Source: Camelus dromedarius (lineage: Eukaryota). Taken from it: a stretch of DNA of 64,000 nt. Below are positions 20,860 to 33,540 of this stretch, in pieces. The notes under the pieces were generated by a model. The model saw only the letters and a list, made by a program, of their open reading frames with translations. It was not told where the DNA came from and did no database searches. The stretch is from assembly GCF_036321535.1 (NCBI RefSeq), contig NC_087447.1:6262001-6326000 (forward strand), given 5' to 3'. The translations under genes and the position numbers were made by a program. The number at the start of each line of letters is the position of its first letter. The stretch's first letter is position 1.

Positions 20860-23240
20860 ATAAGCAAACTTGCTGGCTCTAAGCCTTTTGCATTTTGATA
20901 ATGCCCAATCACTCCCCCGCAAGGCTCAGTCAATATAGATTTCAATCAACAGTGTTTTTTACACCCTCACCAGCAAAGCGTATTACAATTTTTAAAAATC
21001 TTTGTTAACCTGATAGGTGAAAAAATATGCCCTTGTTGTTATAACTGGCATTCCCTTCATTATTTGTGAGATTAGTATATTTTCCTATCTTTCTGGGCCA
21101 TTTGTGCCTCCTCTGTGAATTGCCTGTTCACGTCCTTTGCACATTTCTTTTCTGGTGTTTGGGCCCAGGGAGTTGATTGGATTCCTTGTTTCACAGTGTA
21201 CAAAAATCATCAGTGGATACAAGGCCACCCTCTTGTTTTGGTTAATTTTTTTCCTCCTTTATCTTTGACCTCCATTCCCATCCTACTTAAATATGAATGA
21301 ATCTGTGGAATATCTAATCATGTTGAAGCATTTGTGGCTTTAGTATATAGGACTGGTATTCTGCTGTCAGTCTCATTTCAGTTCTTTACTCTTCTGTCTG
21401 AATGCTATGTATTTAGAAGCTATCTGTTGCTTCTGACTGCTGCCTAGCGTTCCATAATTTGCCTCTATTACACTTTTACTAATCCATTCTCCCGAGGTTG
21501 GATGCCAGGTTGCCCCCAACTTCTATTTCCACAGAGGACGCTGCAGTCAATGCCCTTGTATGTGTCTCTTTGTTCATCTGGATAAGAATTTCTTGGGCTT
21601 ATTTATCAAGGATGGAGAGTGCAGGGTCTTGGAACAAATGTGTATGTCTTTTCAAATTGCTTGAGAAAGAGGCTCTACCATTTATGCCTGCCACAGTGAC
21701 GAAGAGTTCTGTCTGCCCACACCCTCAACAGACGTCTGTATCATTCACCTCATGAATTTTTAGTCACCTGATGGTTATAAAATGGTATCTCACTGTAATT
21801 CTTTTTTCTGGAAGTTTTAAACTTTTTATTCTTAGATTGCATTTGTCCATCAAGTCACATGTTCTCCTCTCTTATCTGTCTCTTCCCCTTCTTGTCTTCC
21901 TCTCTTTTTCCCCCTCTTTCACCTCTCATTTCTCTCCCCTTTTCCTTTTTTCTCAGAATGAGTGTCTGCTTCCTCCAAGTGGAGAAAGAAACACATTCTA
22001 ATTATCTACTTGAAAGATGATCCTTAGTGACTTCACTTTGTTCACAGTCTGGATTTGAACTTGAATAATCCTGAAGTTCTCCAGACTAGAAAAACCTTAT
22101 TTCTCTGTATGCTGCCATGTCATTAGAACATTTCCTGGCCTTTTGGGGCTGAAAGCTATGACTTGGGATGGCTTGACCCCACTTCCTACACCAGATGTAA
22201 ACCAACGTGGAGGAACGTGGTTGTAACATCCATTCGTTCAATGAACCTGTGCTGAGCCCCCGGCGTGTGCTTGGCCCTGATCTAGATGCAGGAGCAGCAG
22301 CCGTCAACAGGACAGACACAAATCCTTGCCCTCGGGGAGCTGACATGTGTCGCTCATGGGGGAGATGACATGACACACTGTTGGAGGGAAGCCCTCTCAA
22401 TGCTGGATGAAGCTGAGAAATCATATAGAAAAAATACACCTCCTGCTTCAGAACCAAGAAGAAGGTACTCCCAAATATCCACAGTGATCTCAAAGGGCAT
22501 CCGTCTTGAGTGCAGATTTGGATTCCCAATATCTCACTGTAATTTTAATTGAATTGTGCTGATGGCTTCTTTGACCACATTTTCATTATTTTTTTTTTGC
22601 CATTTGGATCAATCCTTCCATGAGCTGCTGCTTTCTGTTCATTGCCATTTCTCTGTTGTGCTTCTTGGCTTTTCCTTCTTGACTTGCAAGAGCTGTTTAT
22701 CTACTAGATGGCAACCAGCTGTCTGTCAACATTATTTCGGAGGCCCTTTGTGGAACAAAAATCCTTAATTTTGGTGTAGTCAGATCCATAAATGTTTTGA
22801 ATTAGAGTTTGTGTTTTGGACATCCTACGAGGTCCTTCCCCTACCCATTTATTTTATTGTATTAGATCATAGTTTCACATCTGTGTTCAGAGTGAAATGC
22901 TCTATACTTTCCTTTTCTGATAGTGTCCTTATCTGGTTTGGGAGTCACATGAGGAAATGGGCAGCCTTTTTTCATTCCCTGTTCTGGAATAACTGGTATA
23001 AGGACCATCTTTTCCTTGAAAGTCTGGTGGAACTGCCCTATAAAAGCTCTCCGTCAGGGTTCTTCTGCATTAGAGTCTTAGGTTATCATTTTCCTTACTG
23101 GTTATTGATCTACTTAAATTTATGATACTTTAGTGCCAATTTTGACATTTCATATTTTTTCTGGAAAGGTGTTCACTTTGATTGTTTTTATTTTTACTAA
23201 CATACAATTATTTATAATATTCTTTGATATTTTGACATTT
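20860..23240 (-). mobile_element. Old L1 (L1ME-like) fragments
   Basis: Antisense L1 3'/ORF2 phrases, e.g. 'ggccatttgtgcctcctctgtgaattgcctgttcacgtcctttgcacatttc' and 'tggttataaaatggtatctcactgtaatt'. Boundaries are approximate. Confidence 0.65.
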
Positions 23241-24095
23241 TAAACTTCTCTGGGACCTGGTGGCCATGGGAGGGACTCAGGATTTGTCCTGAGCATGATG
23301 GGAACTGTGAGAGGCTATTAGAAGAACCCGTTTTGCTCTTGTTGAAACCCCTGGTCCACCTCAAGAGTATAAAGGGTTGGAGGGTGGATTCTGAAAGGGG
23401 AATTTTGTGTTGAATTTGATTCAGAGTCCCAACACTCCCTTCAGGGGCTAGGGCTGGAGGGGCTGCCTTCTAACCCCAAATCTGGGGAGAAGTGCTTCAA
23501 GGAGGCCGCCTGGAGAGCTTGAGATGGACTCCCCGAAGTCATGGCAGCCCAGTGGGTCAACGGTACAGGAGACTTCCAGAAAGGCTGTGGAGCCTCACAG
23601 AGAACTGGCTGGCACTGTGAGGAATTGTGGCATAGACAGAAAGTCACGACTTCATTTGGGGGCAGAGAGAAGTTTCCTTATGAATTTTAGACAGACATTG
23701 GGAGACAAAAATGATCTCTTATTACATCCCATGCATCTTGTTTGGTCAAAGTTGCCATTACAGTAGAGGATTTTGAGAGGGGGTGTGTGTGAGCTGATTT
23801 ATGTTTTTAAAAGATCCCTCTGGCTGCGGTGTAGAGATTATACTTGAGGGCCAAGGTGGAAAGAGGGTCTGTTGTCCAGGAGAGGGACTGGAGGACTTGG
23901 GCCAGGGAGGCAGAGAGGGGGAAGAAAAGGAGAGGTTTGGAGACTGCGCCTGGGCCTGCCACCATTTAGAGGTCAGGGGAGGACAGGGAGACCCAGCCAC
24001 GGATACCAGACAAGAAAGGCCAGAGGGGAGGACGTGAGCCCAGAGAGTGAGGGCTCCAAGCCAAGTGAAGAAAGTGTTTCAAAGAAGAGGGAGTT

Positions 24096-24212
24096 GGGAG
24101 GGAATAGCTCAAGTGGTAGAGCACATGCTTAGCATGCATGAGGTCCTGGGTTCGATCCCCAGTACCTCTTCTAAAAATAAATAAATAAATAAACCTAATT
24201 ACCCACCCCCAC
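24096..24212 (+). mobile_element. tRNA-Ala-derived camelid-type SINE with intact A and B boxes
   Basis: TAGCTCAAGTGG (A box) and GGTTCGATCC (B box), then (aaat)n and aaacctaattaccc. TSD approximately aaaga(a/g)gagggagt. Confidence 0.87.
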
Positions 24213-24789
24213 AAAGAGGAGGGAGTGACCAGTTTGACAAAAGCCTCTCGGTCAAGGCAAGGCTGACAACTAAGTTTGACAGAGCCCCATCTGAAACTTT
24301 TCCTTTGGGGCTAAAGTCTAGCAAAAATTTTCTTTCCCCTGAGGAACTTGTAGGCTCTGTTATCGCTGGAGAAAAAAAAAGGTGAAGTTACTACAGCTCC
24401 CTTTTTGCTTTGGCTGCCAGGAAGCTCAGAGCCAAATTTGATATTCAATTAACAGAACACTTTACAGGCTTTATTTAATAATAGACCTGCATATTTATAT
24501 CTTTATGCTCTTGTTCCTGCTCTTCATGTTCTCTTTTAAATTATATTTTCACATTCTTGAGTCTCCATTTCTATTTAAAAATGTTATCTTCCTTGTTCTT
24601 ATTGGAAGCTACCTCATGTGCATTGGGAATGAGATAGGTATGAGAATTAATCCCATCATTCAGCAGATATATGGAGATGCCTTGCACCAGTTAGGTCCCT
24701 TTGGTTTGACAGAACTAAATTAAGCCAAAAAGGATAAAATAAGTAATTGACTTGTTTTACTAAATCATAAAAAGGGTCTGACCTCAATT

Positions 24790-25125
24790 TTGCCAGAATC
24801 AAGGGACTTGAGTCCCTGTGTGTGTGTGTGTCCTACTCTCTTCCTCATTTCATCATTTCTCTCTCTCTGTTGGCTTCATTCTCTTCCATGGGAATGTTGG
24901 CTGCAGGCCACATCAGTTTGTTGTCCTTGGACCTTTGTCACCAGAGTAGAGAGAGGATACTTCCTACACATCCAGGTAGCAAAAACCCAGGGAAGGATTC
25001 TGACATGTCCTGCCTCGAGTCTCATGGCCATTCCTGGACCAATCACAGGGACCTGGTGGGGAGGGGACTTTGATCAGCAGTCCTGATGGTACCTCCTGGA
25101 TGGAGTGGAAGGAACAGTTCTCTAA
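24790..25125. mobile_element. MLT1-like (ERVL-MaLR) LTR relic
   Basis: 'ctctctctgttggcttcattctc...aaaaacccagggaaggattctgac...cctggaccaatcac' resembles MLT1J/K from memory. Confidence 0.5.
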
Positions 25126-25134
25126 GGACAGAAA

Positions 25135-25860
25135 ATAGTACGGAGGTTCTTCAAAAAATTAAAACTAGAATTACCATATGATCCAACAATTCCACTCCTG
25201 GGTATTTATCCAAAGAAAATGAAAACAGTAATTCAAAAAGATATATGCACCACTATGTTCATTGCAACATTATTTATAATAGCAAGATAAGGAAGCAACC
25301 TAGTGCCCATTGACACATGAATGGATAAAGGTGTGAGATGCACACCAGAAACTGACACATTGTAACTGACTATACTTCAGTATGTAAAAAAAAAAAAGAT
25401 GTTTGATGTGTATACACATACACATATGTATAATACCTTATTAGTCATAAAAAAATGAAATCTTGCCATTTGTGACAACACGGATGGACCTGGAGGGCAT
25501 TACACTCAGTGAAATAAGTCAGACAAAGACTGTATGTTTTCACTTATGTGTGAAATCTACAAAACCAAACAAACAAATCTAACAAAACAGAAACAGATTC
25601 ACAGATACAGAGAACAAACTCGTGGTTGCCGGTGGGGTTGGGGGGTGAGATGGGCAAAATAGGTGAAGGGGATTAAGAGGTACAAACTGCCAGTTATAAA
25701 ATAAATAAGTCACAGGGATGTAACATACAGCACAGGGAATATAGTCAATAATATCATAATAGCTTCATATGGTGTGTAATCTATAAAAATATCAAATCAC
25801 TATGTCGCACACTTAAAACTAATATAATATTGTAAGTCAACCATACTTCAATTTTTAAAA
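25135..25860 (+). mobile_element. L1MA9-like 3' end with a nested ~65-nt younger L1 tail at ~25335-25398
   Basis: ORF2 C-terminal phrases (accatatgatccaacaattccactcctgggtatttatccaaag) and 3'UTR (acagcacagggaatatagtcaataatat...aagtcaaccatacttcaatt). Confidence 0.8.
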
Positions 25861-27468
25861 GGAGAAATTTTAATTAATTAAATCAGTTTGAAAAAGGATG
25901 GGGATGTGATCTCAGATGTCTTGAAGGAAGAGGGGCAGGGCTGACCAAAACATGCCTGCCACATGCCCACAATGTGCCAGGCACTGTGAGACACCCTGTA
26001 GATGCAGCTACAAATAAGATAACCCCCCTGCCCTTGAGATGGTCACAGTCCAGTGGGGGAGGTAAAACATGCACACACGATTACAATCCAGATCAGAGCA
26101 TGGGCAGAACTTTGGAAGAGGGACAGGCAAAGTTTTGGGGAGTTCAGAGGACAGAGAAAGACTTCTGATTCTGGCCATGAGCAAGTAAGGTGGACTGAAA
26201 TGATCCTTTTGACATAAACAACTAAGAACCTGGGCAAAGTATAAGAAATAAATACTTTCAGATGTTATAAAATTGGTGGCACAAGACTGAAGTCTCTGAG
26301 AAAAGGGAAGCAGATGATGTGAGCCCTACCATCGCTGGGGTCATCTACATCTGCCATCTGCCTAGAGGCACCTGCCCTACTGCAGTGCAGGGAGGTTCAC
26401 CAGTCTCATGGAGTTAAGGAGACAGAAACCAGAGCCTGGAGAGGCAAAGGGCAGCTAGAATTTGTGGGGTAGAATAAGAGTAGGAACCAATATACAGAAG
26501 GAACCCCAAATGCTGCATAGGGGTCCCCATAAGCTGTAAGAGGAACACCAATCTGTGCCTGACATAGGGTGAAACTCCACAAGGCTGGACCAGAACATCA
26601 TTCAAGAGATGTAAGACCAATAATTCCCAAAGCTCACACAGGACTAGAAATCTTGATAAGAAGATTCTGTCTAGTCAGAGTAGAGAAATCTCATTAGAAT
26701 ACACAGAAAATTCAGTAGAGAAACCAAAAGGGGGTTCCATGCCTAAGAAGAGGGCTTAAATCAGCCCTTACTGAAGGCTATTCTAGACCCACCATAAAAG
26801 AGCTTGTAACAAATCTTGAAATTATCAAACTAATCCACAACCAAATTGCCAGGAAAAGTCCAACACTCTTTAAAGGAATTCAATAAAATCCAGACCAGTA
26901 ACATAAAATTCACAATGTTTGGCATCTAATAAAAAATTAATATACATACAAAGAAGGAGGAAAATCTGGTTAATAACCAGGAGAAAAGATCTGATTTATC
27001 TCAATCCTATCAAAATCTCAGCTGCCTTTTGCTGAAGTTGACAAGCTGATCCTAAAATTTACGGAGAAAGTCAAGGGACCCAGAACAGCCAAAGAATCTT
27101 GAAAAAGAAGAACAAAGATAGACAAGTTACATTTTCTAATTTTAAAACTTAGTACAGAGCTACCATATAATCTAGACTGTGGTACTAGCATTAGGATAGA
27201 CATAGAGATCAATGGACTAGAATTGAGAATCCAGAAATAGGAGCCCTTACATTTATGGTCAATTGATTTTAGACAAGGGTGCCAAGACCACTCAGTGGGA
27301 AGAGTCTTTTCAACAAACGATGCTGAAACAACTGGGTTTCCATACGCAAAAGAAAGAAGTTGGACCCTTATTTCCCACCGCATACAAAAATTAACTCAAA
27401 ATGAATCAAATTTCAATGTAAGAGCTAAAACTCTTAGAAAATAAAAACCCACAGGAATGACCTTGGAT

Positions 27469-27641
27469 NNNNNNNNNNNNNNNNNNNNNNNNNNNNNNNN
27501 NNNNNNNNNNNNNNNNNNNNNNNNNNNNNNNNNNNNNNNNNNNNNNNNNNNNNNNNNNNNNNNNNNNNNNNNNNNNNNNNNNNNNNNNNNNNNNNNNNNN
27601 NNNNNNNNNNNNNNNNNNNNNNNNNNNNNNNNNNNNNNNNN
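27469..27641. other. Assembly gap (173 N)
   Basis: Run of N within L1 sequence. Confidence 0.99.
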
Positions 27642-28515
27642 TGTAGCCAAAATATCTAAAGAAGTCTTACAGTTCAACAATAAAAAACCAAATAAGCCAA
27701 TTTAAAAATGGAAAGAGGATTTGAATTGACATTTCTCCAAAGAATATACATATACCAATAGTCAATAAGCACATGAAAAAGTCCTCAGTATCCTTAGCAA
27801 TCAGGAAATGCAAAAAACAAAACCAAAAGATAACAAGTGTCAGTGAGGATTTGGAGAAATTGGCACCCTTGTGCATCAATTGTGGGAATGTAAAATGATG
27901 CAGCTGCTGTGAAAGACAGTGGAGTGGTTCCTCAAACACACACACACACAGAATTTCCATGTAATCCAGCAATTCCACTTCTGCATATATACCCCAAATA
28001 ATTAAAAGCAGGGACTGGAATAGACATTTGTACACCCATGTTCATAGCAGCATTATTCACAGCAGTCAAAAGGCGGAAACAACCCATATATCCATGGATA
28101 GATGAATAGATAAGTGTGGTATATACATTAATGGAGTATTATTCAACCTTAAAAAGGAAATTCTGTCACAGGCTACAACACCAATGAACCTTGAAGACAT
28201 TATGCTAAGTGAAATAAGCCAAACACATAAGGATAAATACTGTACAATTCCTCTTGTATGAGATGCCTAGAATGGTCAAAGACACAGAAACAGAAAATAG
28301 AATGGTGGTTCCCAGGGGCTGTGGGAAGAGGGGAATGGGGAGTTAGCATTCAATGGGAACGGAGTTTCAGGTTGAGATGATGAAAAAAAATTCTGGACAT
28401 GGAGAAGTCATGGTTGCACAACAGTGTAAAAGCAATTCATGCCCTAACTGTTCACTTAAAACTGGTTAAAATGGTAAATTTTACATGTATTTTGCCACAA
28501 TAATAAAAAAAAGAA

Positions 28516-28670
28516 GGGGGAGGGTATAGCTCAGTGGTAGAGTGTGCGCTTAGTACGCACAAGGTCGTGGGCTCAATCCCCAGTAACTCCAGTAAAAAAA
28601 TAAATATATACAAGTATATAAAAAATAAATAAACCTTAAAAAAAGAAATGTACTACCTTTAAAAAAAAAG
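28516..28670 (+). mobile_element. tRNA-Ala-derived camelid-type SINE
   Basis: ggggagggtatagctcagtggtagagtgtgcgcttagtacgcacaaggtcgtgggctcaatccccag plus a long A-rich tail, sitting at an L1 poly(A) end. Confidence 0.85.
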
Positions 28671-28934
28671 AAAAAGGTAAATGGTGTAAACATTCCAATT
28701 AAAAGGAAGAAATGATAAGATTGCATTAGAAAAAGCAAGACCCAGTCATATTCTGCCTACAAAAAAACCCACTCTAAATGTGAAAACATAGATAAGTTTA
28801 AATGTAAAAGGATGGAAAAGATAGATCATGTTAACACTAACCCAAGAGCAAAAGGAAAAAGAGGCCACTTTCAGCCAGCCCTCCTGGAGGAAGTGACATT
28901 TGAGCTCAGCTTTAAAGACTGTGTAGTATTTGGG

Positions 28935-28998
28935 ACTATGCAGACTGGGAAGGCCTGTGTGGGCAAACTATGCAGACTGGGAAGGCCTGTGTGGGCAA
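28935..28998. repeat. Perfect 32-bp tandem duplication
   Basis: actatgcagactgggaaggcctgtgtgggcaa occurs twice (28935-28966 and 28967-28998). Confidence 0.95.
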
Positions 28999-29014
28999 AG
29001 GCACTGAGTCAGAT

Positions 29015-29016
<2 letters not shown>

Positions 29017-29055
<39 letters not shown>

Positions 29056-29071
29056 TGTGTGTGTGTGTGTG
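29017..29071. repeat. (TG)n microsatellite
   Basis: About 27 TG units with one TA interruption. Confidence 0.95.
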
Positions 29072-29321
29072 CATTCAATCTCAAGGAGGCAGGAGCAGTC
29101 ACAAGATTAAGTCTGGTTAAGTCAGAGTTCACAGAGATGGACCTGCCCCCACGACAGACAAAAACTCAGCACTGGGGACCCGGAGGCAGCGCAGCCAATA
29201 GGAGTCTGTTGGGATAATTCAGGTAAGAGATGACTGTGGCCTGGGAGACAGAACAGCATCATTTACTGAAGGCTTAGGAGCAAGGCACTGCTCCAAGTGG
29301 TTTTACAACTTAATATTAGTC

Positions 29322-29470
29322 TAGTGGTTCTTAATCCTGGTTAGAACCACCTGGGGAGCCTTTAATGTACATGGGTGCCCTGGCCTCCCATCTAGTTAAA
29401 TCAGAATCTCTGGAGATGGGCTCTGGGCATCGTTCACCTTCAAAGCTCACCAGTGATTCCAATCCTCGGT
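29322..29470. mobile_element. MER5-like hAT-Charlie relic
   Basis: 'agtggttcttaatcctgg...agaaccacctggggagcc...aaatcagaatctctggagatgggctctgggcatc...aagctcaccagtgattcc'. Confidence 0.6.
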
Positions 29471-31899
29471 CAGAGGTGAGACCTCTGCCCTCATCAAAGG
29501 TCAGATACATGGGGCCAGGAACTGGGTTTGTTCACAGCCTAAGGCCAGCCTGGTGTGAAATCAGATTTCTGTAAATATCTCTGTAAACAACAATCCTGTT
29601 ACGATGCCCATTTTATAATAAGGAAACTGAGGCATGGAGAGCTCAGGTTATCCATTCAAAGCCACGAGGCTGATAAGGGGTGATGCGAGAACCGAAATAC
29701 ACACGAGGAGGATGCCCTGGGCCCAAACCCTTCCCGGGGTGCACTACTCCCTCCAGTGTGATAGGGAGGAGGATCCCGCAGGGAGATGGGACCAGGTAAG
29801 TGATAAAGTGGGGCCTCTGGAGGAGGAATGGAGGCCCAGGCCCCGACCTCATCATCAGTCCCCCTACCCAAAACGGACAGGCGTCCCAGACAAAGGTGGT
29901 GGGAGGGGGCAGGGAACCCACAGGGCAGAAACAAAACTCAAAGAACTTAGTGGAAGGGGAAAGTGAAACCAACCCTGGCAGGGGTGGAAGAGACTCTGTG
30001 GCTGGAAACAAGGGCAGCACCCCTGCCCCTCACAGGAACAAGTGCGGGGCGGGGCTGAAATGGCCAGGTCCCCCCCCCCAACCCACCCACTGGCTGCTGC
30101 TTCTACACACTGGCCTCCTCCAAGTTCCCAGAACCTCCAGCACACTGTTGCCCCGTCCCTCTCCCCAACCTTGCTTTCTTTTCCTTTATAGCTCTTACAC
30201 CCTGGCATTGGGGGATTGCTCATTTGTTTATCATCTGCCTGTTACCTGCTCCCCAGATAGAATGGAAGCCCCACAGGGGCAGGTCATCCTTTGCGCGCTC
30301 CTCCCCAGAGCCCAGAAGAGCGCCTGGCAGAGGAGGTGCTCAGGAAATATGTGTTGAGTGGACAAGGACGCTGCAGGGCCACTGTTTACCTGTACTTATA
30401 GGACACTATCTAGAAGGCTCAATCCGTTTAGCCCATTTCAAAGACAACTGACAATATTTTTTGGTTTTGCTTTAAACCTGGGTGCATAGACTTAGCAGTC
30501 CATCTCTTTGGTTTGGGGCACTCCAGGCATCCTAAAAAGGATGGGCACCAGGGTCCTAAAAAGTCTCCCTTTAAAATGAGCTCTCCCCTTCAGCCCATCC
30601 CCAATCCCATCCCTGCTCCCCACAGCGCCCACTCTTATGTCTATAGAATGTCCTTCCACTCTGCTTTCCATGCGTTTATTTCCATACACGTCAGTTACAG
30701 GAGGTACCATTTATTGGGTGCTTACAATGTGCCAGGCACTGTGCTAAGTATTTTATGTGTCATATCTCATTTAATCATCATGTCCCTGAAGGAGATTCTA
30801 TTACTGTCCCCACTTTACAGAGGAGGAAACTGAAGCAGAGAGCTTAATTCAATTACCCAAGGTTGCAGAGTAAGTGGCAGAAATATACAGGATTGCTGTG
30901 CTTGTCTGTGTTTTTACTTTCCATAAATACTGCTGTGCTATAGATCTGGCTCTGCATTTTTCTGTTTTTCACGTGACACAATGAGTTTAAGCTTTGCCCA
31001 CATTGTTATCTGCCATGCTGTGCCCTAGTCACAGAGAACTTGGCAACCTCCAACTCTTTGCCACTTCAAGCCATACCTAGGACATGGCTATTTGTGAGAG
31101 GTTTTACCCAGGAGTGGGACTGCCAGGGGGCACTTAGCTGCCAAATTGCCCTTTCAAACATGCCCACTAGTTTACGCTCCCACCAGAAGCACCAGACTTC
31201 TGTGCACCCATCTCCCTGCCAGCCATCAGTTTTATCTAACTTTCTATTCTTGCCCATCTGATGGGTGTCAATGTGGGAGCTTGTGTTTTCCTTTGTAGCT
31301 TTCTTTTTTTGTTTCTACATTTTTTTCTTTTTGTTTTTTCTTTCTTTTTTTACTTTCTCTTTGTAGCTTTTTGATTCCTGGGGTGGGTACAGACACCTTA
31401 GCTCTTACTCCATTTCTAAAACTGACATTTGAACACACACATGCACACAAAATAGGAAGGAGGTGATTTCAGAGTAAAGATAGCTCTGGTAATGGGAGGT
31501 GGGGGTCACACGGGTCCTGCCCCGCTCCCCAATTACAAGGAGCCCCTCAAGAGAGTCCAGAGCGACCCGCCATTCTCACCAAACACTCTGTCCAAAGACA
31601 GGAGGGACCATGCCCCAGTGGAGCACCTGAGCCACAGGTGCCATTCTCCCACCGCCATGCCCAAATTTTTTTAAGAGAGGGAACTTGGTCCTCTTCATGT
31701 CCTGCAGACAAGCTTACCACTTTGGATCTCGAGGCTCCCCAATGGGTAGAGAATAAAAAATGAAAATCATCTGGTCCCCAAAGCTCTGCAGCTGGGGTAC
31801 TGACAGGCTGCCCCCTCCCAACGCCCAGTGGTAACCACAGTGCAGGGCAGACCCACCTTCCTCGACTCAGGCCAGACCCAACCAGGAGCACTATCTCCC

Positions 31900-33540
31900 T
31901 GGACCTCCTGCCCTCTGACTCAGAAGGGTGCATTCCTAACACTTGTCAAAGGCTGGGTCAGGCCCTTCTCCATGGCCTGTAAGGTTCTGCAGCAGAAACT
32001 GGCCAGACCACGTTTCCCAGCCTCCCTTGGGTGGGGCCCTGTGACAGGTCCAAAGGGATGTAAACAGAGGCAATGGGGCCACTTCCAGTCTTGGCCCAAA
32101 AAAACCTCCCTGGGCTCTGAGACGTCCCCTTCCACAATGACCTTGAAAGCCACGAATGGATGATGAAGGAGCCTGGGCCCTGAAGTCCCTCTTGGAGAAG
32201 CACTGTCTACTGATCAGATAAATCCCACTATGAACCTCATGTGGACGAGAAATAAATTTCCATTGTATCTGAACCTATGTTTTGAGTTTGTTACATTAGC
32301 CCTCTGCCCTAACTAACAGCTGTAACTAGTATGTATAATATATATAATAGATAATGACTAGCCCCATTTTACAGATGAGAGAAATGAGAGAAGACAGAGA
32401 ACTTGTTCAATGCTAATAGGTGGAGAAGCCAGGATCTGAATCCAGGGCCTGGTTCTGGAGGTTCCACTCATAAGCACTCGGCCAAGGCTGAGCCAACAGG
32501 CTGAGAATGGAGAGGCCCAGGCCAGTGGCTCCTGAGAACCTCACTCCCTGCTGCACCTCCTGGACGAAAGAAGGCTGCTCCCTGGACCCTGCCTCCTCAC
32601 CTTTCCCAATTGTCACCCAGGCTTGTCACTCTGAACTCTCTCGGTGCAGAATCTCACCTTTTGGACAGATCCCAGCAACAGGCTCCCAGGGGCACCTCCT
32701 CTCCCAGCCTGACTCCTCACGCCGCTCGGCAAGCCTTCAGCTCTGCGGACCCCACGTGCCCACCTTCCTTGGGACTGTGCCCAACCTGCTGCTGGAGAAA
32801 ACCGTTCCCTGTCCAGGGCCGCCGGGGACCACCTCCCATTCACGGTCCTTGCCAGCCAGGGCTCTCTGTCACAAGTGACAGAAACCCAACTGGCTTGGAG
32901 GGGGAAAATTTTTTTTATTGGCTCACGTGACTAAGAAGTCCAAGGTACACAGGCTTCAGGGTTCAGGTATTCAGATGTCATAAGTCTGGGCCTCTGAGCC
33001 TCCTGGCTCTGCTGTGCTGGCTCTGTTCTCAGCAGGATCACCCCGTGGGGTGGGAAGCAGCTTCTAGCAGCCACCAGCCTGCATTCCACCAGCCCTGCTG
33101 CCCCAGTGTGGCCACTGTCATCCTCAACCTGGACTCCTGAGAGAGTTCCCTGCTGCTGCCAGCGCCACGGGGAAGCCCAACATCTTGTCAAAACCCTTTC
33201 CCAAAGGTACCACCTAAAGCCCCAGGGCTCAGGTGTGTTGGCCCACTGGGGGTCACGACCCCGCCTCCACATGCACTGTGACCAGAGTGTGTCTGACTGG
33301 CCAGGCTGGTAGTTCCCTCCCCTCAACCCTGGGGAGTGCGGTCAGCTGCACACACCCCAGGCTGAGTAGAGATGGTTCCCTAAAAGAAAGCAGAGGCTTT
33401 CTTTTCTCATACCCAGAGTGGGTGCAGATGAGAAGCAAGCAGAACCCATGTGCCCCCAGGCTCCAGCTGCCCCGACCCATCCAGGCCTGCCACCCTGCCT
33501 CCTCCTTCCCAGAGAAGTCAGACACTGTCAGATAAAAACC
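31900..33540. mobile_element. MLT1 LTR relics (~31900-32320 and ~32870-33540)
   Basis: 'gagaaataaatttccattgtatctgaacc...tttgttacattagcc...ccctaactaaca' and 'agtgacagaaacccaactggctt...ttattggctcacgtgactaagaagtcc'. Confidence 0.55.

Larger units (their letters stand above)
26190..28850 (+). mobile_element. Composite L1: older L1 5' part, L1MB-like ORF2/3' end (~26995-28510), then older L1 ORF2 start (~28675-28850)
   Basis: Recognisable ORF2 text (caagctgatcctaaaattt, gagaatccagaaataggagccc, caattgatttttagacaagggtgccaag) and L1MB 3'UTR. Contains the N-gap at 27469-27641. Confidence 0.7.

Noticed and set aside
24096-24170. tRNA-Ala(AGC)-like sequences (also at ~10.7, 20.5, 28.5, 45.5, 46.9 and 59.2 kb)
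   Set aside because: Broken acceptor stems, shared (AAAT)n/A-rich tails and TSDs show these are SINEs, not tRNA genes.
27018-28035. ORFs in L1 regions and ORFs spanning N-gaps (also 46676-47469)
   Set aside because: These are degenerate L1 fragments with stops and frameshifts, or artefacts of N translated as X. There is no intact ORF1/ORF2.
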